The translations under genes were made by a program, and so were the position numbers. Below the pieces are notes generated by a model that worked only from the letters and a program-made list of their open reading frames with translations, had not been told where the DNA came from and did no database searches. This document shows, in pieces, positions 9,386-21,935 of a DNA stretch of 32,000 bases. Location of the stretch: positions 390,001 to 422,000 of the forward strand of contig NZ_CP097765.1 of assembly GCF_023585785.1 (NCBI RefSeq), given 5' to 3'. Source of the DNA: Blochmannia endosymbiont of Camponotus modoc (GTDB taxonomy: Bacteria; Pseudomonadota; Gammaproteobacteria; Enterobacterales; Enterobacteriaceae). Numbering within the stretch: the stretch's first letter is position 1; each line of letters begins with the position of its first letter.

Positions 9386-10552
9386 TTAGTCTGCTTGTTT
9401 TCTTAGAAAAGCAGGAATATCTAAATAATCTACATCTTTATCAAGAGTTGTGCTTTGATGATCTACCGTATTAGATGATGTATGTCTTGATTCTTTAAAA
9501 AATGTAGATGTTCTTTGGGGAGCATGATTATGATAATGATTATCTCGTACTACCTTTTTTTCTTCTTTAGCATTAGATAACATAACATCTGAACGTTTAT
9601 CAATACCAATTCCTGTTGCTACTACAGTAACACGTAGTTCATTATTGATATCTGGATCTAAAGCAGTCCCGATTACTACTGTAGCATTATCAGAAGCAAA
9701 AGAACGTATAGTATTGCCTACAGTTTCAAATTCATCTAACCGTAAATCTAAACCAGAAGTGATATTCACCAAAACCCCTCGAGCTCCAGATAAATCAATG
9801 TCTTCTAATAAAGGGCTCGCGATAGCTAGCTCTGATGCTTCCTCTGCTCTATCATCACCACATCCTACTCCAGCTCCCATCATAGCATATCCCATTTCTG
9901 ACATTACTGTGCGTACGTCCGCAAAATCTACATTCATTAAACCCGGTCGAGTAATTAATTCCGCAATACCTTGAACGGCGCCTTTTAACACGTCATTAGC
10001 AGCGCTAAAAGCATCTAATAATGATACGCCACGCCCTAAAACTTTTAATAACTTATCATTTGGAATAGTTATTAATGAATCTACATATTTAGATAATTCA
10101 GAAATTCCTTGTTCAGCAAATGTCATACGTTTTTTTCCTTCAAAATTAAAAGGTTTAGTAACTACAGCTACAGTCAAAATACCTAAATCTTTGGCCACCT
10201 CTGCTATTATCGGGGCAGCACCCGTTCCAGTGCCTCCACCCATACCTGCAGCAATAAATACCATATCTGCGCCTTCTATAGTAGCCCTTAATACATCACG
10301 ATCTTCTTCTGCAGAATTACGCCCAATTTCTGGATTAGCACCCGCTCCTAATCCTTTAGTAATAGAACTACCAATTTGAATAGTTTGGCCTACTGTCATT
10401 TTTCTTAAAGCTTGGGCATCAGTATTAACAGCAAAAAAATCTACACCTTCGATACGCTCACGTAACATATGTTCAACTGCATTACTACCGCCTCCGCCAA
10501 TACCAACAACTTTAATTACTGCATCACTCGTTAATTCCATTGGTTCAAACAT
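9386..10552 (-). CDS. ftsZ: Cell division GTPase FtsZ
   Basis: [26 protein letters not shown], the [10 protein letters not shown] tubulin signature, and the C-terminal [14 protein letters not shown] FtsA/ZipA-binding peptide are present. The track ORF begins 4 codons earlier (10564). GGAG sits 6 nt before the ATG at 10552, which reproduces the E. coli N-terminus. Confidence 0.97.
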   Translation of the reverse strand: MFEPMELTSDAVIKVVGIGGGGSNAVEHMLRERIEGVDFFAVNTDAQALRKMTVGQTIQIGSSITKGLGAGANPEIGRNSAEEDRDVLRATIEGADMVFIAAGMGGGTGTGAAPIIAEVAKDLGILTVAVVTKPFNFEGKKRMTFAEQGISELSKYVDSLITIPNDKLLKVLGRGVSLLDAFSAANDVLKGAVQGIAELITRPGLMNVDFADVRTVMSEMGYAMMGAGVGCGDDRAEEASELAIASPLLEDIDLSGARGVLVNITSGLDLRLDEFETVGNTIRSFASDNATVVIGTALDPDINNELRVTVVATGIGIDKRSDVMLSNAKEEKKVVRDNHYHNHAPQRTSTFFKESRHTSSNTVDHQSTTLDKDVDYLDIPAFLRKQAD

Positions 10553-10628
10553 AGTTTTCTCCATATTACTTAAGTTATTTTAAAAAAATTAATTTTAACG
10601 GATTCAGCATATTTGATACTCATAACAA

Positions 10629-11885
10629 CTAAAATTCTTTTTTTAACCAATTGTTTACTTTTCTTATCCAACCTTTAATTGTTATTCTTTTTTCTATATC
10701 TACCTCATTATTCAAATGAGATTCTTTCCCATAATGTAATAATCCAATAACAGTAGAATAATGAGGCCTTTTTATATCATCTGTTATCCCGTTTGTATTT
10801 ATAGAAGATGCGATACGAACTTGTGTATGAAACACTTTTTGAGCACAAGCTGATAATCCATCTATAAGAGATGCCCCTCCTGTTAACACAATCCCTGCTG
10901 CAAGATGATGTTTAATATTAAGTTGACGAAGTTGTGACTGTAACTGTAATATTTCTTTATTAACCAACATCATTAATTCAATATATCGAGGTTCAATGAT
11001 TTCTGCCAACATATGACGTTGCAAAATACGAGGTGGTCTACCTCCGACGCTTGGAACTTCAATATTTTCTCCTTTACTAATTAATGATTCTAAAGCACAA
11101 CCATAACGAACTTTAATTATTTCTGCATCCGATAATGGTGTTCCAAAAGCATAGGCAATATCACTAGTGACTACATTTCCAGCATATGGAATAACTTTGG
11201 TGTGACGTAAAGCTCCAGCAGTATATATTGCTATATCCATGGTACCGCCACCAAGATCTACCACACAGACACCCAATTCACGTTCATCTTCTGTTAACAC
11301 AGCATGACTTGAAGCTAATCCAGAAAATATCAATTGATCTACTTGTAATCCACATCGCTCTACTGCTTTGACGATATTTTTAGCCATATCATTATGGCAA
11401 GTAATTAAATGGACTTTGGCTTGCATTCTAACTCCAGATAACCCAACTGGATTTTTAATGCCTTCTTGATAATCAATAGCATAATCCTGTGGAATTACAT
11501 GTAATATTCGATGTTCATCGCGTACTCTAACTGATTTAGCTATGTGTACTACATTATCCACATCTGATTGTGTCACTTCTTCTTCTGAAATAGGTACCAT
11601 ACCTATTTCATTTTTACAACTAATATGTTTTCCAGATAAAGAAAGGTAAACAGATGAAATTTGACAACCTGCCATTAACTCTGCTTGATTAATAGAATAT
11701 TGTACACATTTTATTACTGATTCTAAATTGTTCACTCCTCCCTTATCCATTCCTCGTGACGGGCAATATCCTAACCCAATAACATTTACTATTCCATCAG
11801 GCAAAATTTCACCTACCATCGTAGCAACTTTAGCTGTTCCAATTTCTAATCCTACTAATAATTTTTTATCTGAAGCTTTGATCAT
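10629..11885 (-). CDS. ftsA: Cell division protein FtsA (actin-like ATPase)
   Basis: The 418-aa product contains MIKASDKKLLVGLEIGTAKV..VVDLGGGTMDIAIYT..C-terminal amphipathic WIRKVNNWLKKEF. It is collinear with E. coli FtsA (420 aa). Confidence 0.97.
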   Translation of the reverse strand: MIKASDKKLLVGLEIGTAKVATMVGEILPDGIVNVIGLGYCPSRGMDKGGVNNLESVIKCVQYSINQAELMAGCQISSVYLSLSGKHISCKNEIGMVPISEEEVTQSDVDNVVHIAKSVRVRDEHRILHVIPQDYAIDYQEGIKNPVGLSGVRMQAKVHLITCHNDMAKNIVKAVERCGLQVDQLIFSGLASSHAVLTEDERELGVCVVDLGGGTMDIAIYTAGALRHTKVIPYAGNVVTSDIAYAFGTPLSDAEIIKVRYGCALESLISKGENIEVPSVGGRPPRILQRHMLAEIIEPRYIELMMLVNKEILQLQSQLRQLNIKHHLAAGIVLTGGASLIDGLSACAQKVFHTQVRIASSINTNGITDDIKRPHYSTVIGLLHYGKESHLNNEVDIEKRITIKGWIRKVNNWLKKEF

Positions 11886-11915
11886 ATTTGTGATTGCCTT
11901 TATTTATTTTTTCTT

Positions 11916-12719
11916 CTATTTGCCACAAAATACAGGAGTGATCGAGTTTGAGCCCCATCTTACAGCAAATCCTGAACGATAACGTAAATCTATATAATCA
12001 ATACATGTATTATTGTCGTTAATTTTCTGAATAAGAATAGGATAAATTTTAATGAAATAATATAATCGTTCGATTATATTATTTCTACCTAATTTTAGAT
12101 GGATATTATCTTGTAAAATCAGTTGCCATGAGCAGCGTGCATCCATTTGTACTGATTTTATTTGAAATTTGATAGATTTTAATATCTCATTAAACGCATA
12201 ATAATTAGACAATACAGCCCGTTCGCTGCCTTCTGGTCCATACAAAGATGGCATTACTTTTTTGTAGTTATCTCGATATTCTTTAGGTACTTTAAATATA
12301 ATTCCTGTTGTACTAATTATTTGAAAATCATTCCAGTATGTTAAAGGAATATATTCTATTATATGAATTTTTAATGTGTCTGGCCATTGTTTCCTAACAC
12401 TAACTTGCTGAATCCATGGCAAACTTTCAATTCGTTTTTGAATAATGTTAACATCCTGTGTTATAAATGTACCTAATACTCCTAGTTTTACTAGGAGTTG
12501 ATCGATATCAGTGTCAGTAGTATAATGCCGTTTTCCAGTGACTATCATGTAAGATACAGGGCTACAACAAGCATTATGAATCCATTCTCTTATTTTATAA
12601 GCACTCCAAACAATACTAATTGTAACAACAAATATTAGCATCCAATCTAATAATTGATGCTGCAATTTATATCTTTGTTTTAAAACATATTTAATTATCA
12701 CTCGGTTATGCGTGCTCAA
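11916..12719 (-). CDS. ftsQ: Cell division protein FtsQ
   Basis: A single N-terminal TM segment is followed by a POTRA region: VTGKRHYTTDTDIDQLL..GTFITQDVNIIQKRIESLPWIQQVSVRKQWPDTLKIHIIEYIP, close to E. coli FtsQ. The start codon is uncertain because the ORF as drawn begins with TTG at 12719. Confidence 0.85.
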   Translation of the reverse strand: MSTHNRVIIKYVLKQRYKLQHQLLDWMLIFVVTISIVWSAYKIREWIHNACCSPVSYMIVTGKRHYTTDTDIDQLLVKLGVLGTFITQDVNIIQKRIESLPWIQQVSVRKQWPDTLKIHIIEYIPLTYWNDFQIISTTGIIFKVPKEYRDNYKKVMPSLYGPEGSERAVLSNYYAFNEILKSIKFQIKSVQMDARCSWQLILQDNIHLKLGRNNIIERLYYFIKIYPILIQKINDNNTCIDYIDLRYRSGFAVRWGSNSITPVFCGK

Positions 12720-12853
12720 TCCTAATTGAGGTGTATTAGTAAACCCGCTCTTTGCGTATTCTTATTTTCATAAAAATTTATTATTGTGTTTTCATTTTCA
12801 CATTTTATCATTTCGTACCATTAAGAATCATAATTATCATATATTTATTATGA

Positions 12854-14296
12854 TTAATCGTTTTTAACAATTAATCTACGCACAACCTCTCCTATCGTAC
12901 CAGCTCCTTGAATTAAGAGCAAATCGTTATTTCTTAATAATCGGAATAATGCTCCTGATAACATTTGTGTATTTGATATAAATGTTGGATTAATCTTACC
13001 AAATTCACGAATTGCATGACATAAGGATTGACTATCTGCCCCTAAAATAGGTGGTTCTCCAGCGGAATAAACATGTAATATTAAAAGAATATCTACATTG
13101 GAAAGTACATCAACAAAATCATAATATAATTCTTGTATACGCGTATATCGATGAGGTTGAAATACCATAATCAACCGTCTATCAGGCCATCCGGTCCGGA
13201 TCGTTACAATAGTAGCATGTAACTCAGCCGGATGATGCCCATAATCATCTATCAACAGAATTTCTCCTTTTTGACCATTTATTTTATTTAAAGAATAATA
13301 ACCTAAATTTTCAAAACGACGATGTGTTCCTTGAAAATCCAACATAGTTTTGAGAATAATTTTATCACTGATTCCTTCTTCGGCTGCTACTGCAATAGCA
13401 GCCGTAGCATTCAGTGCATTATGACAACCAGGGGCATTTAAAGTAACTTGTAGTTTTGTTTGATTTGGACGCAATATGGTAAAACTACTTTTTTCTATAT
13501 GTTGATGGTAGTTAAAAATATGCAAATTAGCATTTTTATTAAAGCCATAAGTGATTATCTTCCTGTTAATTTTAGGTAAAATCTCACAAATTACTGGATC
13601 ATCAATACACACTATAGCATACCCATAAAATGGTAGATTGTGTAAGAAATTAATAAATGCTTTTTTAAGATATTCAAAATTTCCTTGATACTTATGTATA
13701 TGATCAGTATCAATATTGGTAATCACCTCCACCATAGGATGCAAATGCAAAAATGAATTATCACTTTCATCTGCTTCTACGATTAAATAACGACTATATC
13801 CAAGTCGAGCATATACACCTTCTGATTTGACTATGCCTCCATTTATAAACGTTGGATCTAATCCTGCTGCGGTATAAATATTAGCTATCATTGTAGTAGT
13901 AGTAGTTTTCCCATGCGTTCCAGAAATGGCTATTCCATGTCTAAATCTCATTAGTTCGGATAACATTTCCGCACGCTTAATAACGGGAATACGAGCTTGT
14001 TTAGCAGCTAAAATTTCAGGATTATTTGGATGAATAGCACTGGATACAACAACAACATTAGCGTTGTTTATATTGCTATATTTATGCCCAATAAAGATTT
14101 TCACCCCTAATTCAAATAAGTGCCGTGTCGCGCTATTATATACAATATCAGACCCAGTAATACAATAACCTTCATGTGCTAATATTTCTGCAATTCCACA
14201 CATTCCGGTTCCGCCTATACCAACAAAATGTATTCGCCTAATACGATTCATCATTGGTATAGAATTGATCGGGTTAGATAATAGTATATTTGACAT
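12854..14296 (-). CDS. murC: UDP-N-acetylmuramate--L-alanine ligase
   Basis: [56 protein letters not shown] is collinear with E. coli MurC. Confidence 0.96.
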   Translation of the reverse strand: MSNILLSNPINSIPMMNRIRRIHFVGIGGTGMCGIAEILAHEGYCITGSDIVYNSATRHLFELGVKIFIGHKYSNINNANVVVVSSAIHPNNPEILAAKQARIPVIKRAEMLSELMRFRHGIAISGTHGKTTTTTMIANIYTAAGLDPTFINGGIVKSEGVYARLGYSRYLIVEADESDNSFLHLHPMVEVITNIDTDHIHKYQGNFEYLKKAFINFLHNLPFYGYAIVCIDDPVICEILPKINRKIITYGFNKNANLHIFNYHQHIEKSSFTILRPNQTKLQVTLNAPGCHNALNATAAIAVAAEEGISDKIILKTMLDFQGTHRRFENLGYYSLNKINGQKGEILLIDDYGHHPAELHATIVTIRTGWPDRRLIMVFQPHRYTRIQELYYDFVDVLSNVDILLILHVYSAGEPPILGADSQSLCHAIREFGKINPTFISNTQMLSGALFRLLRNNDLLLIQGAGTIGEVVRRLIVKND

Positions 14297-14355
14297 ATCT
14301 ATTCAATATACTTTCAATATTTTTCTATTTATAAAGATGGCATTTATTAATATAT

Positions 14356-15423
14356 TTATTTTTTTAAGTATTCAATTATTACCTGAGAAACTTGCTGAGT
14401 TGCATTAGGCGCAGCTATGCTTCTAGCACGTTGAGCCATGTTACATAATATTTTTCGATCCCAAGATTCTAACATTGCGCTAACAACATCACTTGTAAAA
14501 TTTTGTTGTTCAATAATTTTTGCCGCTCCTGCTTGCACTAACGGCACAGCATTCCAATATTGCTGACGGTCTTTATGATGTATAAAAGGTACGAATATTG
14601 CTGGTAACCCTACAACAGATACTTCACTTACTGTTAATGCTCCAGCACGGGATATCAATATATCTGCCCAAGCATATGCTTGGGCTATATCATCAATAAA
14701 TTTTACAATTCTATGATAGCTTTGTTTTATTTTTTGATAAGCCCATATTACTTTTTTGAAATCTTTTTCTCCAACCTGGTGCCATATGATCAATTTATTA
14801 GATAATTTCTCAGCCATATTTGGGATAGTTTTATTTAATATATGCGCACCTTGGCTACCTCCAATCACTAAAACGCGAATAGGACCAACACGACCTTTCC
14901 ATCGTCTAGATGGATTTGGCACAGCTAATATTGCGCGTCGTATTGGGTTTCCTACCATTTTAGCATTAGGAAAAGTACCAGGAAATCCTTGCAATACTTT
15001 TTTAGAAAAAATTGACAAATACCGATTAGTTAAACCGATAATTCTATTTTGTTCGTGTATTATTAATGGAATACCGCATGTCCATGCTGCTAATCCACCC
15101 GGTCCGGAAACATATCCACCCATTCCTAATACTATATCAGGTTTCCAATATTTTATAATTTTTCGTGCTTGATATATTGCTAAACAAATAAACAATGGCA
15201 TAATGCACTTAATGTGTAATTTTTCACCATTCCACCCGTTAATATGAATAAATTTAATATCGATTCCGTACTGAGGAACTAACTTCGATTCAATGCGATC
15301 TGCAGTACCTAGCCAAACAACTTGATACCCATGATTAATTAAATAATGAGCCACCGACAACCCTGGAAACACATGCCCCCCACTACCACCCGCTACAATC
15401 ATAATTTTCTTTTTTTGATTCAT
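14356..15423 (-). CDS. murG: UDP-GlcNAc:undecaprenyl-PP-MurNAc-pentapeptide GlcNAc transferase
   Basis: The [22 protein letters not shown] signature is present. The track start at 15435 is GTG. The ATG at 15423 forms an ATGA overlap with the ftsW stop and gives 355 aa, as in E. coli. Confidence 0.95.
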   Translation of the reverse strand: MNQKKKIMIVAGGSGGHVFPGLSVAHYLINHGYQVVWLGTADRIESKLVPQYGIDIKFIHINGWNGEKLHIKCIMPLFICLAIYQARKIIKYWKPDIVLGMGGYVSGPGGLAAWTCGIPLIIHEQNRIIGLTNRYLSIFSKKVLQGFPGTFPNAKMVGNPIRRAILAVPNPSRRWKGRVGPIRVLVIGGSQGAHILNKTIPNMAEKLSNKLIIWHQVGEKDFKKVIWAYQKIKQSYHRIVKFIDDIAQAYAWADILISRAGALTVSEVSVVGLPAIFVPFIHHKDRQQYWNAVPLVQAGAAKIIEQQNFTSDVVSAMLESWDRKILCNMAQRARSIAAPNATQQVSQVIIEYLKK

Positions 15424-16616
15424 GTTTTCGTGCACTTCAAAAAAGCTTGATTTTTAGATAAACGTGTCTCGAAATCTATTCTTAACAACTGCATGCTTGC
15501 CATTACTGTAATCAAAAAGCTAGATCCCCCATAACTAATAAATGGCAATGTTAATCCCTTTGTGGGTAATATTCCGCTAACAGTGCCCACATTAATAAAA
15601 ATTTGCAATCCAAACCACATGCTAATAGAACAGGCTAAAATACCAGAAAATCTGTGATTAACATTCAAGGCACGATAACCAATGATCATGGCACGAAGCA
15701 CAATTATAAATAACATAGACAACACTAAAATCGCTCCAAAATATCCTAATTCTTCCGCAAGAATAGAAAAAATAAAATCAGTATGAGCTTCGGGTAAATA
15801 TTCTAATTTCAGCACAGAATTTCCTAGTCCCTCCCCAAAACATTTTCCACGACCAAAAGCTATCAATGATTGAGTTAATTGATAACCATTGCCAAACGGA
15901 TCTTTCCATGGATCCCAAAAAGTAAGTATACGTTGTATACGATAAGGTTTAATCACAATTAAAGGTATAATTAAAAATATATTGAATACTAAAACCAATA
16001 TTAACTGACATAATTTAGCTCCAAAAAGAAATAATATAGACAGAGTAGTAATAAAAAGAATAATAATGCTACCAAAATCAGGTTGCGCTAGTAATAATAC
16101 AGCTAATATAATCATTATTACTATGGGTTTACATATACTCCAAAATTTGGTGCGTACTTCTTGTGATTTACGTTCTAAATAGTTAGCAAGATAGCAAATA
16201 AAAGATAATTTTGATAATTCCGAAGGCTGAACACACAATGCACCCCACATTATCCAACGTGATGCTCCATTAGTAGAATTATTTAAGATTAATGCGGCTA
16301 TCAACATTATATAACTACATAGCAACATGATAACACTATAATTCTGCCAAACTATTATGGGTATCTTTAAAATAATTACAGATAATAAAAATGTCACGCT
16401 GTAATAAACAATGACACGTTTTATAAAATAACATGGATCATTCGCTAATCGCATACCAGTAGGTATTGATCCTGAACTAATAATAACAAACCCAATGCCA
16501 ATTAATCCCAACAGCAACCAAAAAAATATACGATCATATAATACACTAATGTTTGATGATTTTTTTTTGCCCAATTTTAATGGATGATTAATAATTTTTG
16601 TTTTAAAGATCCTCAT
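15420..16616 (-). CDS. ftsW: SEDS-family peptidoglycan glycosyltransferase / lipid II flippase candidate FtsW
   Basis: This is a polytopic membrane protein with [18 protein letters not shown] and [15 protein letters not shown] motifs. The track start at 16640 is TTG. The ATG at 16616 overlaps the murD stop (TAATG). Either start is possible. Confidence 0.92.
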   Translation of the reverse strand: MRIFKTKIINHPLKLGKKKSSNISVLYDRIFFWLLLGLIGIGFVIISSGSIPTGMRLANDPCYFIKRVIVYYSVTFLLSVIILKIPIIVWQNYSVIMLLCSYIMLIAALILNNSTNGASRWIMWGALCVQPSELSKLSFICYLANYLERKSQEVRTKFWSICKPIVIMIILAVLLLAQPDFGSIIILFITTLSILFLFGAKLCQLILVLVFNIFLIIPLIVIKPYRIQRILTFWDPWKDPFGNGYQLTQSLIAFGRGKCFGEGLGNSVLKLEYLPEAHTDFIFSILAEELGYFGAILVLSMLFIIVLRAMIIGYRALNVNHRFSGILACSISMWFGLQIFINVGTVSGILPTKGLTLPFISYGGSSFLITVMASMQLLRIDFETRLSKNQAFLKCTKT

Positions 16617-17941
16617 TATATAAATTCTCTCGTAAAACAAGTAAATATTAGTCCACGCATTTCAAATGATTTAAATTGATCTAAACTAGAACAAGCCGGA
16701 GATAATAAAACTATATCCTTTGCTTTTATACGACGATTAATAATACACATTGCTTGAATCATTGTATTTGTTAAAATAACATCACTAAATCCTAATGTCG
16801 TCAATAATAATCCATCTTTTCCAAAACAATAAAGATGTATCTCATGTTGTTTAATCAAATGTCTTAAAGAAGAAAAATCAGCTAATTTACCATCACCTCC
16901 TAATATTAAATGTAACGTACCGGATAACTTTAAATTGTTGATCGCTTCTTTGGTAGCGTTGACATTAGTAGCTTTGGAATCATTAATCCAACTCACTCCA
17001 TGATTTTTATAAATCAATTGACAACGATGCGTTAAACCAGAAAATTGGCACAATACTTTTAAAGAAATAGAGCGAGGAATCTTGACAATATCCGATAATG
17101 CTAAAGCAGATAATGCATTTATATAGTTAATACGATTATTAATTCTCATTTCAGAACAATTAAGCACATATTCATTGTATGCAACTATCCAGGTGTGTCC
17201 TTTATAATATTTCAGATAATAATCTGCAGAATCTTCGTTTTCACCAAAACTTATACAATAATCATAATCATTATATATAGGTGTCGTTAAAGGATCTAAA
17301 GCGTTCATCACACAAATTTTAGCATTTTTATAAATCCTTTGCTTAGAAAACCAATATTGCTTTAATCCACCAGGATAATGATCCATATGATCTTCACTAA
17401 CATTTAAAATTACAGCTGCTATTGCACGTAAACTATAGGTTGTATCTAACTGAAAACTTGAAATCTCCAGTATATATAATTGATACGATTTATTATTTAG
17501 TAAAGAAAGCACAGGCACACCTATATTACCTGCTACACCAACACACCATCCAACGCCCCTAGCCATTCTGGAAATCAATTGGGTTACTGTACTTTTTCCA
17601 TTAGATCCAGTAATAGCTATTATCGGAGCAGTTACTTCACGAGCAAATAATTCAATATCACCAATAATTTCTATTCCTAATTTTAAAGCTTCAATTAAAA
17701 CCGGATGATCTAATCGTACTCCAGGACTAACTACAATTAACGTAGCGCTCAACAACCATATATCATTAAATGCGCCCAAATAACACTGTACAACATGAGG
17801 TAATTTTTTTATTCCCGGAGGATATATACGAGTATCTATTACTTTTGGTATTACACCACGATCTAAAAAAAAATTAACACAAGATAAACCCGTAATCCCC
17901 AAACCGATAATTACAACTTGCGATCCTCGGTAATTACGCAT
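16616..17941 (-). CDS. murD: UDP-N-acetylmuramoylalanine--D-glutamate ligase
   Basis: The N-terminal Rossmann motif [12 protein letters not shown] and the P-loop [10 protein letters not shown] are present, and the position between mraY and ftsW is syntenic. Confidence 0.95.
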   Translation of the reverse strand: MRNYRGSQVVIIGLGITGLSCVNFFLDRGVIPKVIDTRIYPPGIKKLPHVVQCYLGAFNDIWLLSATLIVVSPGVRLDHPVLIEALKLGIEIIGDIELFAREVTAPIIAITGSNGKSTVTQLISRMARGVGWCVGVAGNIGVPVLSLLNNKSYQLYILEISSFQLDTTYSLRAIAAVILNVSEDHMDHYPGGLKQYWFSKQRIYKNAKICVMNALDPLTTPIYNDYDYCISFGENEDSADYYLKYYKGHTWIVAYNEYVLNCSEMRINNRINYINALSALALSDIVKIPRSISLKVLCQFSGLTHRCQLIYKNHGVSWINDSKATNVNATKEAINNLKLSGTLHLILGGDGKLADFSSLRHLIKQHEIHLYCFGKDGLLLTTLGFSDVILTNTMIQAMCIINRRIKAKDIVLLSPACSSLDQFKSFEMRGLIFTCFTREFI

Positions 17942-17945
17942 ATTT

Positions 17946-19034
17946 TTATTGCCGTATCTTTAAAGTAATTAATCCCACAAAAACTAACATTAAAGATATG
18001 ATCCAAAATCGCACTATAATGCGAGGTTCTGGACAACCTTTTAGTTCAAAATGATGATGAATTGGTGCCATTTTAAATATCCGTTGTCCAAATAATTTAA
18101 AATAAATTATTTGTAAGATCACAGATAAAGTTTCTATTACAAACATACCGCCCATAATTAATAATAAACATTCTTGACGTAACAACACTGCAATTATCCC
18201 AAGTGTACCTCCAAGCGATAAAGAACCTACATCGCCCATAAATATCTGAGCCGGATAAGTGTTAAACCATAAAAACCCAAGACCAGCTCCAATAATAGCA
18301 GAACATATAATTATTAATTCTCCAGAAAAGCAAATATAAGGAATATTTAGATGACTAGCAAAGTGAATATCATTGCTTATCCACGCAACTACAGCCAATC
18401 CAGCTGCAATGAATATTATAGGAATAATCGCTAACCCATCTAAACCATCAGACAAATTCACGGAATTACTTGTCCCAACAACAACAAAATATGCTAGAAA
18501 AATATACCAGATACCTAATTGAGGCATAAAATTTTTAAAAAATGGCACTATTAATTGTGTAGATGTAGGACTACGATCTGACATAAAGATAATAATGACT
18601 AACGTTAAAGCAATTAATGATTGCCAAAAATATTTATGTAACACACTCAAACCCGCAGAACTTTTCCTGTGAATTTTTAAAAGGTCGTCAATTAAACCCA
18701 ATATTCCGTATGTTATTAGTATAAATGATACATACCATACATATATATTTGATAAATCAGCGCACATCATTACTGATATGGCGATCGAAAGAATCATTAC
18801 AATTCCACCCATAGTAGGTGTACTTTTCTTTTGAGTATGTGATTTTGGTCCATCACAACGCACTATTTGAAAAAAACACAAATTATGAAACCATGTAATT
18901 ACATAATGACCTACCCCTAAAGCAATAAACAATGCCGATACAAAACTAATAATAGCTCTGAAAGTTAAATGATAAACAATATTAAATCTAGATGAATATA
19001 CTGCTAATACATTCTCTGTTAGCCAAAATAACAT
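17946..19034 (-). CDS. mraY: Phospho-N-acetylmuramoyl-pentapeptide transferase
   Basis: [26 protein letters not shown] and [27 protein letters not shown] are present. The 362-aa product is collinear with E. coli MraY (360 aa). It overlaps the murF 3' end by 16 nt. Confidence 0.97.
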   Translation of the reverse strand: MLFWLTENVLAVYSSRFNIVYHLTFRAIISFVSALFIALGVGHYVITWFHNLCFFQIVRCDGPKSHTQKKSTPTMGGIVMILSIAISVMMCADLSNIYVWYVSFILITYGILGLIDDLLKIHRKSSAGLSVLHKYFWQSLIALTLVIIIFMSDRSPTSTQLIVPFFKNFMPQLGIWYIFLAYFVVVGTSNSVNLSDGLDGLAIIPIIFIAAGLAVVAWISNDIHFASHLNIPYICFSGELIIICSAIIGAGLGFLWFNTYPAQIFMGDVGSLSLGGTLGIIAVLLRQECLLLIMGGMFVIETLSVILQIIYFKLFGQRIFKMAPIHHHFELKGCPEPRIIVRFWIISLMLVFVGLITLKIRQ

Positions 19035-20392
19035 TTTGATCCATCTCGAATAGCATCTATTATTTGCTCCATTTTAAAACCTCGTGATCCTTTCACTAAT
19101 ACACTAATTGAATTATGGACAGATAACATCTGCTTGATATAAATAATTAATTTATTTTTATTTCGAAAATGTTTTCCTTTTCCACATATTTTGGAAATGC
19201 AACAACTAACGCTACCTATGGTAAGAATTTTATTGATATTTGTCGTTGCGATTAATCTCCCAATATAACAATGATATTTGATTGATTTATGTTTTCCTAA
19301 TTCTAACATATCACTGACCACCAATATACGATAACCTGGCATTGTAGTTAATACATGAATAGCAGATATCATAGAACCAACGTTTGAATTATAAGTATCA
19401 TCTAATAATAATTTACCTTTACCTAAAATAATCGGAAATAATCTACCAGGTAACGTTTTTATATTTTCTAATCCATAAACTACTTCTGATAAATTTGCTC
19501 CTACAGAAAATGCAAGAGCGCTAGCAGCTAAAGCATTAGCCACATTATGTGTTCCTAACATTGATAAAACCACTGGAGAAGTTCCATATGGAGTATGTAA
19601 AATAAACCGTGTTCTATTTTTTTCAGCAATAATATTACTTGCAAAAAAATCTATTCCTACGTTAGTACGTAAAGAAAAAAACCACATAGATTTTCCCTGC
19701 AATGGTTTACGCCATAAAGATAAAGCATGACTGTCAGCATTTATAATACCTGTTCCATTTAAATCTAATTCAGAAAAAATTTTCCCTTTCTCTTTTCCTA
19801 TTTTAGATAAGGATTTAAAACCTGATAAATGTGCAGGGTAAACATTATTTACTAAAGCTACATTAGCAGCAACTATCTTACTTAATTGAGCAAGTTCTCC
19901 AGGACAACTTGATCCTAATTCGATAATTGCAAAATTGTTTTTTTTTGTTAAACGTAATAAAGTAATCGGCACTCCAACCATATTATTAAAGTTACCTTGT
20001 GTTGCTATTGTATCCCCACACTCTTTTAATATAGACGTGGTCATTTCTTTTACTGATGTTTTACCGCTTGATCCAGTTATAGCAATAACTTTTGCTGATA
20101 CTTTTTGGCGCACCCAATGTGCTAACATTATTAAAGCACAACGAGTATCAGGAACTATTAATTGAGGAACATCTAATAATATATGATGATTTACTAGTAA
20201 TGCTTGAGCACCAGCAGCAATTGCTTGACTTGTAAAATCATGACCATCAAAACGTTTACCTATTAATGCTATAAACATACATTGTTTATAAATAATATTT
20301 GAGTTAATAGTAATCGCATGAATAATCAAATCCATACCAATATATTTAGCGTTTAAAACTGGCGCTATTTCATGCAAACTAAATGGAATCAT
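19019..20392 (-). CDS. murF: UDP-N-acetylmuramoyl-tripeptide--D-alanyl-D-alanine ligase
   Basis: The P-loop [13 protein letters not shown] and the Mur-ligase central and C-terminal domains are present. An ATGA overlap joins it to the murE stop at 20389-20392. Confidence 0.93.
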   Translation of the reverse strand: MIPFSLHEIAPVLNAKYIGMDLIIHAITINSNIIYKQCMFIALIGKRFDGHDFTSQAIAAGAQALLVNHHILLDVPQLIVPDTRCALIMLAHWVRQKVSAKVIAITGSSGKTSVKEMTTSILKECGDTIATQGNFNNMVGVPITLLRLTKKNNFAIIELGSSCPGELAQLSKIVAANVALVNNVYPAHLSGFKSLSKIGKEKGKIFSELDLNGTGIINADSHALSLWRKPLQGKSMWFFSLRTNVGIDFFASNIIAEKNRTRFILHTPYGTSPVVLSMLGTHNVANALAASALAFSVGANLSEVVYGLENIKTLPGRLFPIILGKGKLLLDDTYNSNVGSMISAIHVLTTMPGYRILVVSDMLELGKHKSIKYHCYIGRLIATTNINKILTIGSVSCCISKICGKGKHFRNKNKLIIYIKQMLSVHNSISVLVKGSRGFKMEQIIDAIRDGSKCYFG

Positions 20393-21900
20393 AAAATAAC
20401 ATCGTTCTTTAAAAAATTTTCTACTATGTCTTGATCAGAATGATATATGCGATTATTTCCGATAATTTGGTATTTTTCATGACCTTTTCCAGAAATTAAT
20501 ATTATATCTTCTAAAGATGCCTTTAAAATAGCAGTCTGTATCGCACAGTAACGATTTTGAATAATTTTGATGATTTTTTTTGGGTGTGTTATGCCACGAG
20601 TAATATCATTTATAATCGATTGCGGTTCTTCCGTGCGCGGATTATCATTGGTAATAATTATATAATCAGCATACCGGCTTACAATGCAACCCATTAAAGC
20701 ACGTTTACTTGGATCTCTATCGCCTCCGCAACCAAAAACACACCATAGTTGACCACAATAATAAAATCGTCTAATTGAAATTAGAACTTTTTCTAACGCA
20801 TCCGGAGTATGTGCATAATCTACTATAACCGTCGGGTATCCATGAGAACGAAATACTTCCATTCTACCAGCTACTGGTTGTAATTGAGATGACGTATGTA
20901 CCAATAATGATAGAGGATACCCTAATACTAATAACGTACCTAAGGCTAATAATACATTGCTAACGTTGAATTCTCCTAATAATTGACTATGAATTACTCC
21001 ATTCCCCCAACTTGAATCAAAGATTATATTCGTACCACGAACATTATAATTGACATTAACCACACGTATCCATTTACCTTTCCAAAAACATGGTAAATTG
21101 CTTGTTATTGTTACTGCAATCGCTTGAGGAAAATAATATAACCATCGACAACCAATGGGGTCATCAGCATTAATTATATATTTTTCTACACATAATTCAT
21201 CAAATAACCGCCATTTAGACATAGAGTATTGCATAACGTTACCATGATAATCTAAGTGATCATGGCTTAAATTAGTAAATATAGCTGCTTTAAAATATAA
21301 AGCATCCACACGATATTGATTTAATCCATGTGATGACACCTCCATAGCAACAAAGGTAATCTTATCTTTAACAAACTGAGCTAATATTTTTTGAGCATCA
21401 ATAGAAGAGCATGTTGTATTATAAGATAAACACATATTATTTAACATTCCGTTACCTAAAGTACCCATCACAGCACTTTTTTCCCCTAATAATTGGACCC
21501 AACGAGCTAACAAATGCGTTATAGTAGTTTTTCCATTGGTACCAGTAACACCAATTAAATCCAAAAAACGTGACGGATGATTATAAAAACTACCTGCTAT
21601 ATCGGACAAATACCGTGGTAAATGATTAACATGGACCACAGGTATTTTATTTAAATGATAACTATATTTTTTAAATATCGTCATATCGTTCCAAGATTCT
21701 AATAAAACTGCCGAAGCTCCCTTTTCGATCGCATAGTCAATATATGATCTTCCATCAGTCTTAGAACCTTTAACTGCTACAAATAAATTTCCCAATACAA
21801 TGTTACGACTATCCAATTCTATCCCCGTCAATGCAGGACTAGTAGGATTATTAAAAACATACGGAATAAATAATTTATATAAATTACGTGAATCACACAT
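20389..21900 (-). CDS. murE: UDP-N-acetylmuramoyl-L-alanyl-D-glutamate--2,6-diaminopimelate ligase
   Basis: GVTGTNGKTTITHLLA and the DNPR motif (ITNDNPRTEEP) typical of meso-DAP-adding MurE are present. The product is 503 aa versus 495 aa in E. coli. Confidence 0.95.
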   Translation of the reverse strand: MCDSRNLYKLFIPYVFNNPTSPALTGIELDSRNIVLGNLFVAVKGSKTDGRSYIDYAIEKGASAVLLESWNDMTIFKKYSYHLNKIPVVHVNHLPRYLSDIAGSFYNHPSRFLDLIGVTGTNGKTTITHLLARWVQLLGEKSAVMGTLGNGMLNNMCLSYNTTCSSIDAQKILAQFVKDKITFVAMEVSSHGLNQYRVDALYFKAAIFTNLSHDHLDYHGNVMQYSMSKWRLFDELCVEKYIINADDPIGCRWLYYFPQAIAVTITSNLPCFWKGKWIRVVNVNYNVRGTNIIFDSSWGNGVIHSQLLGEFNVSNVLLALGTLLVLGYPLSLLVHTSSQLQPVAGRMEVFRSHGYPTVIVDYAHTPDALEKVLISIRRFYYCGQLWCVFGCGGDRDPSKRALMGCIVSRYADYIIITNDNPRTEEPQSIINDITRGITHPKKIIKIIQNRYCAIQTAILKASLEDIILISGKGHEKYQIIGNNRIYHSDQDIVENFLKNDVIL

Positions 21901-21935
21901 ATAATTTTCTCAAAGAAATCTGATTGCTTATAAAC

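Noticed and set aside
9247-9474. A 75-aa plus-strand ORF spanning the ftsZ-lpxC spacer.
   Set aside because: It overlaps the lpxC 5' end and the ftsZ 3' end on the opposite strand. It is low complexity (Tyr/Ile/Leu/Phe) with no family resemblance.
18377-18385. A DnaA-box-like TTATCCACG (8/9 match).
   Set aside because: It is a single copy, it lies inside the mraY coding sequence, and no neighbouring boxes exist. This is consistent with chance.
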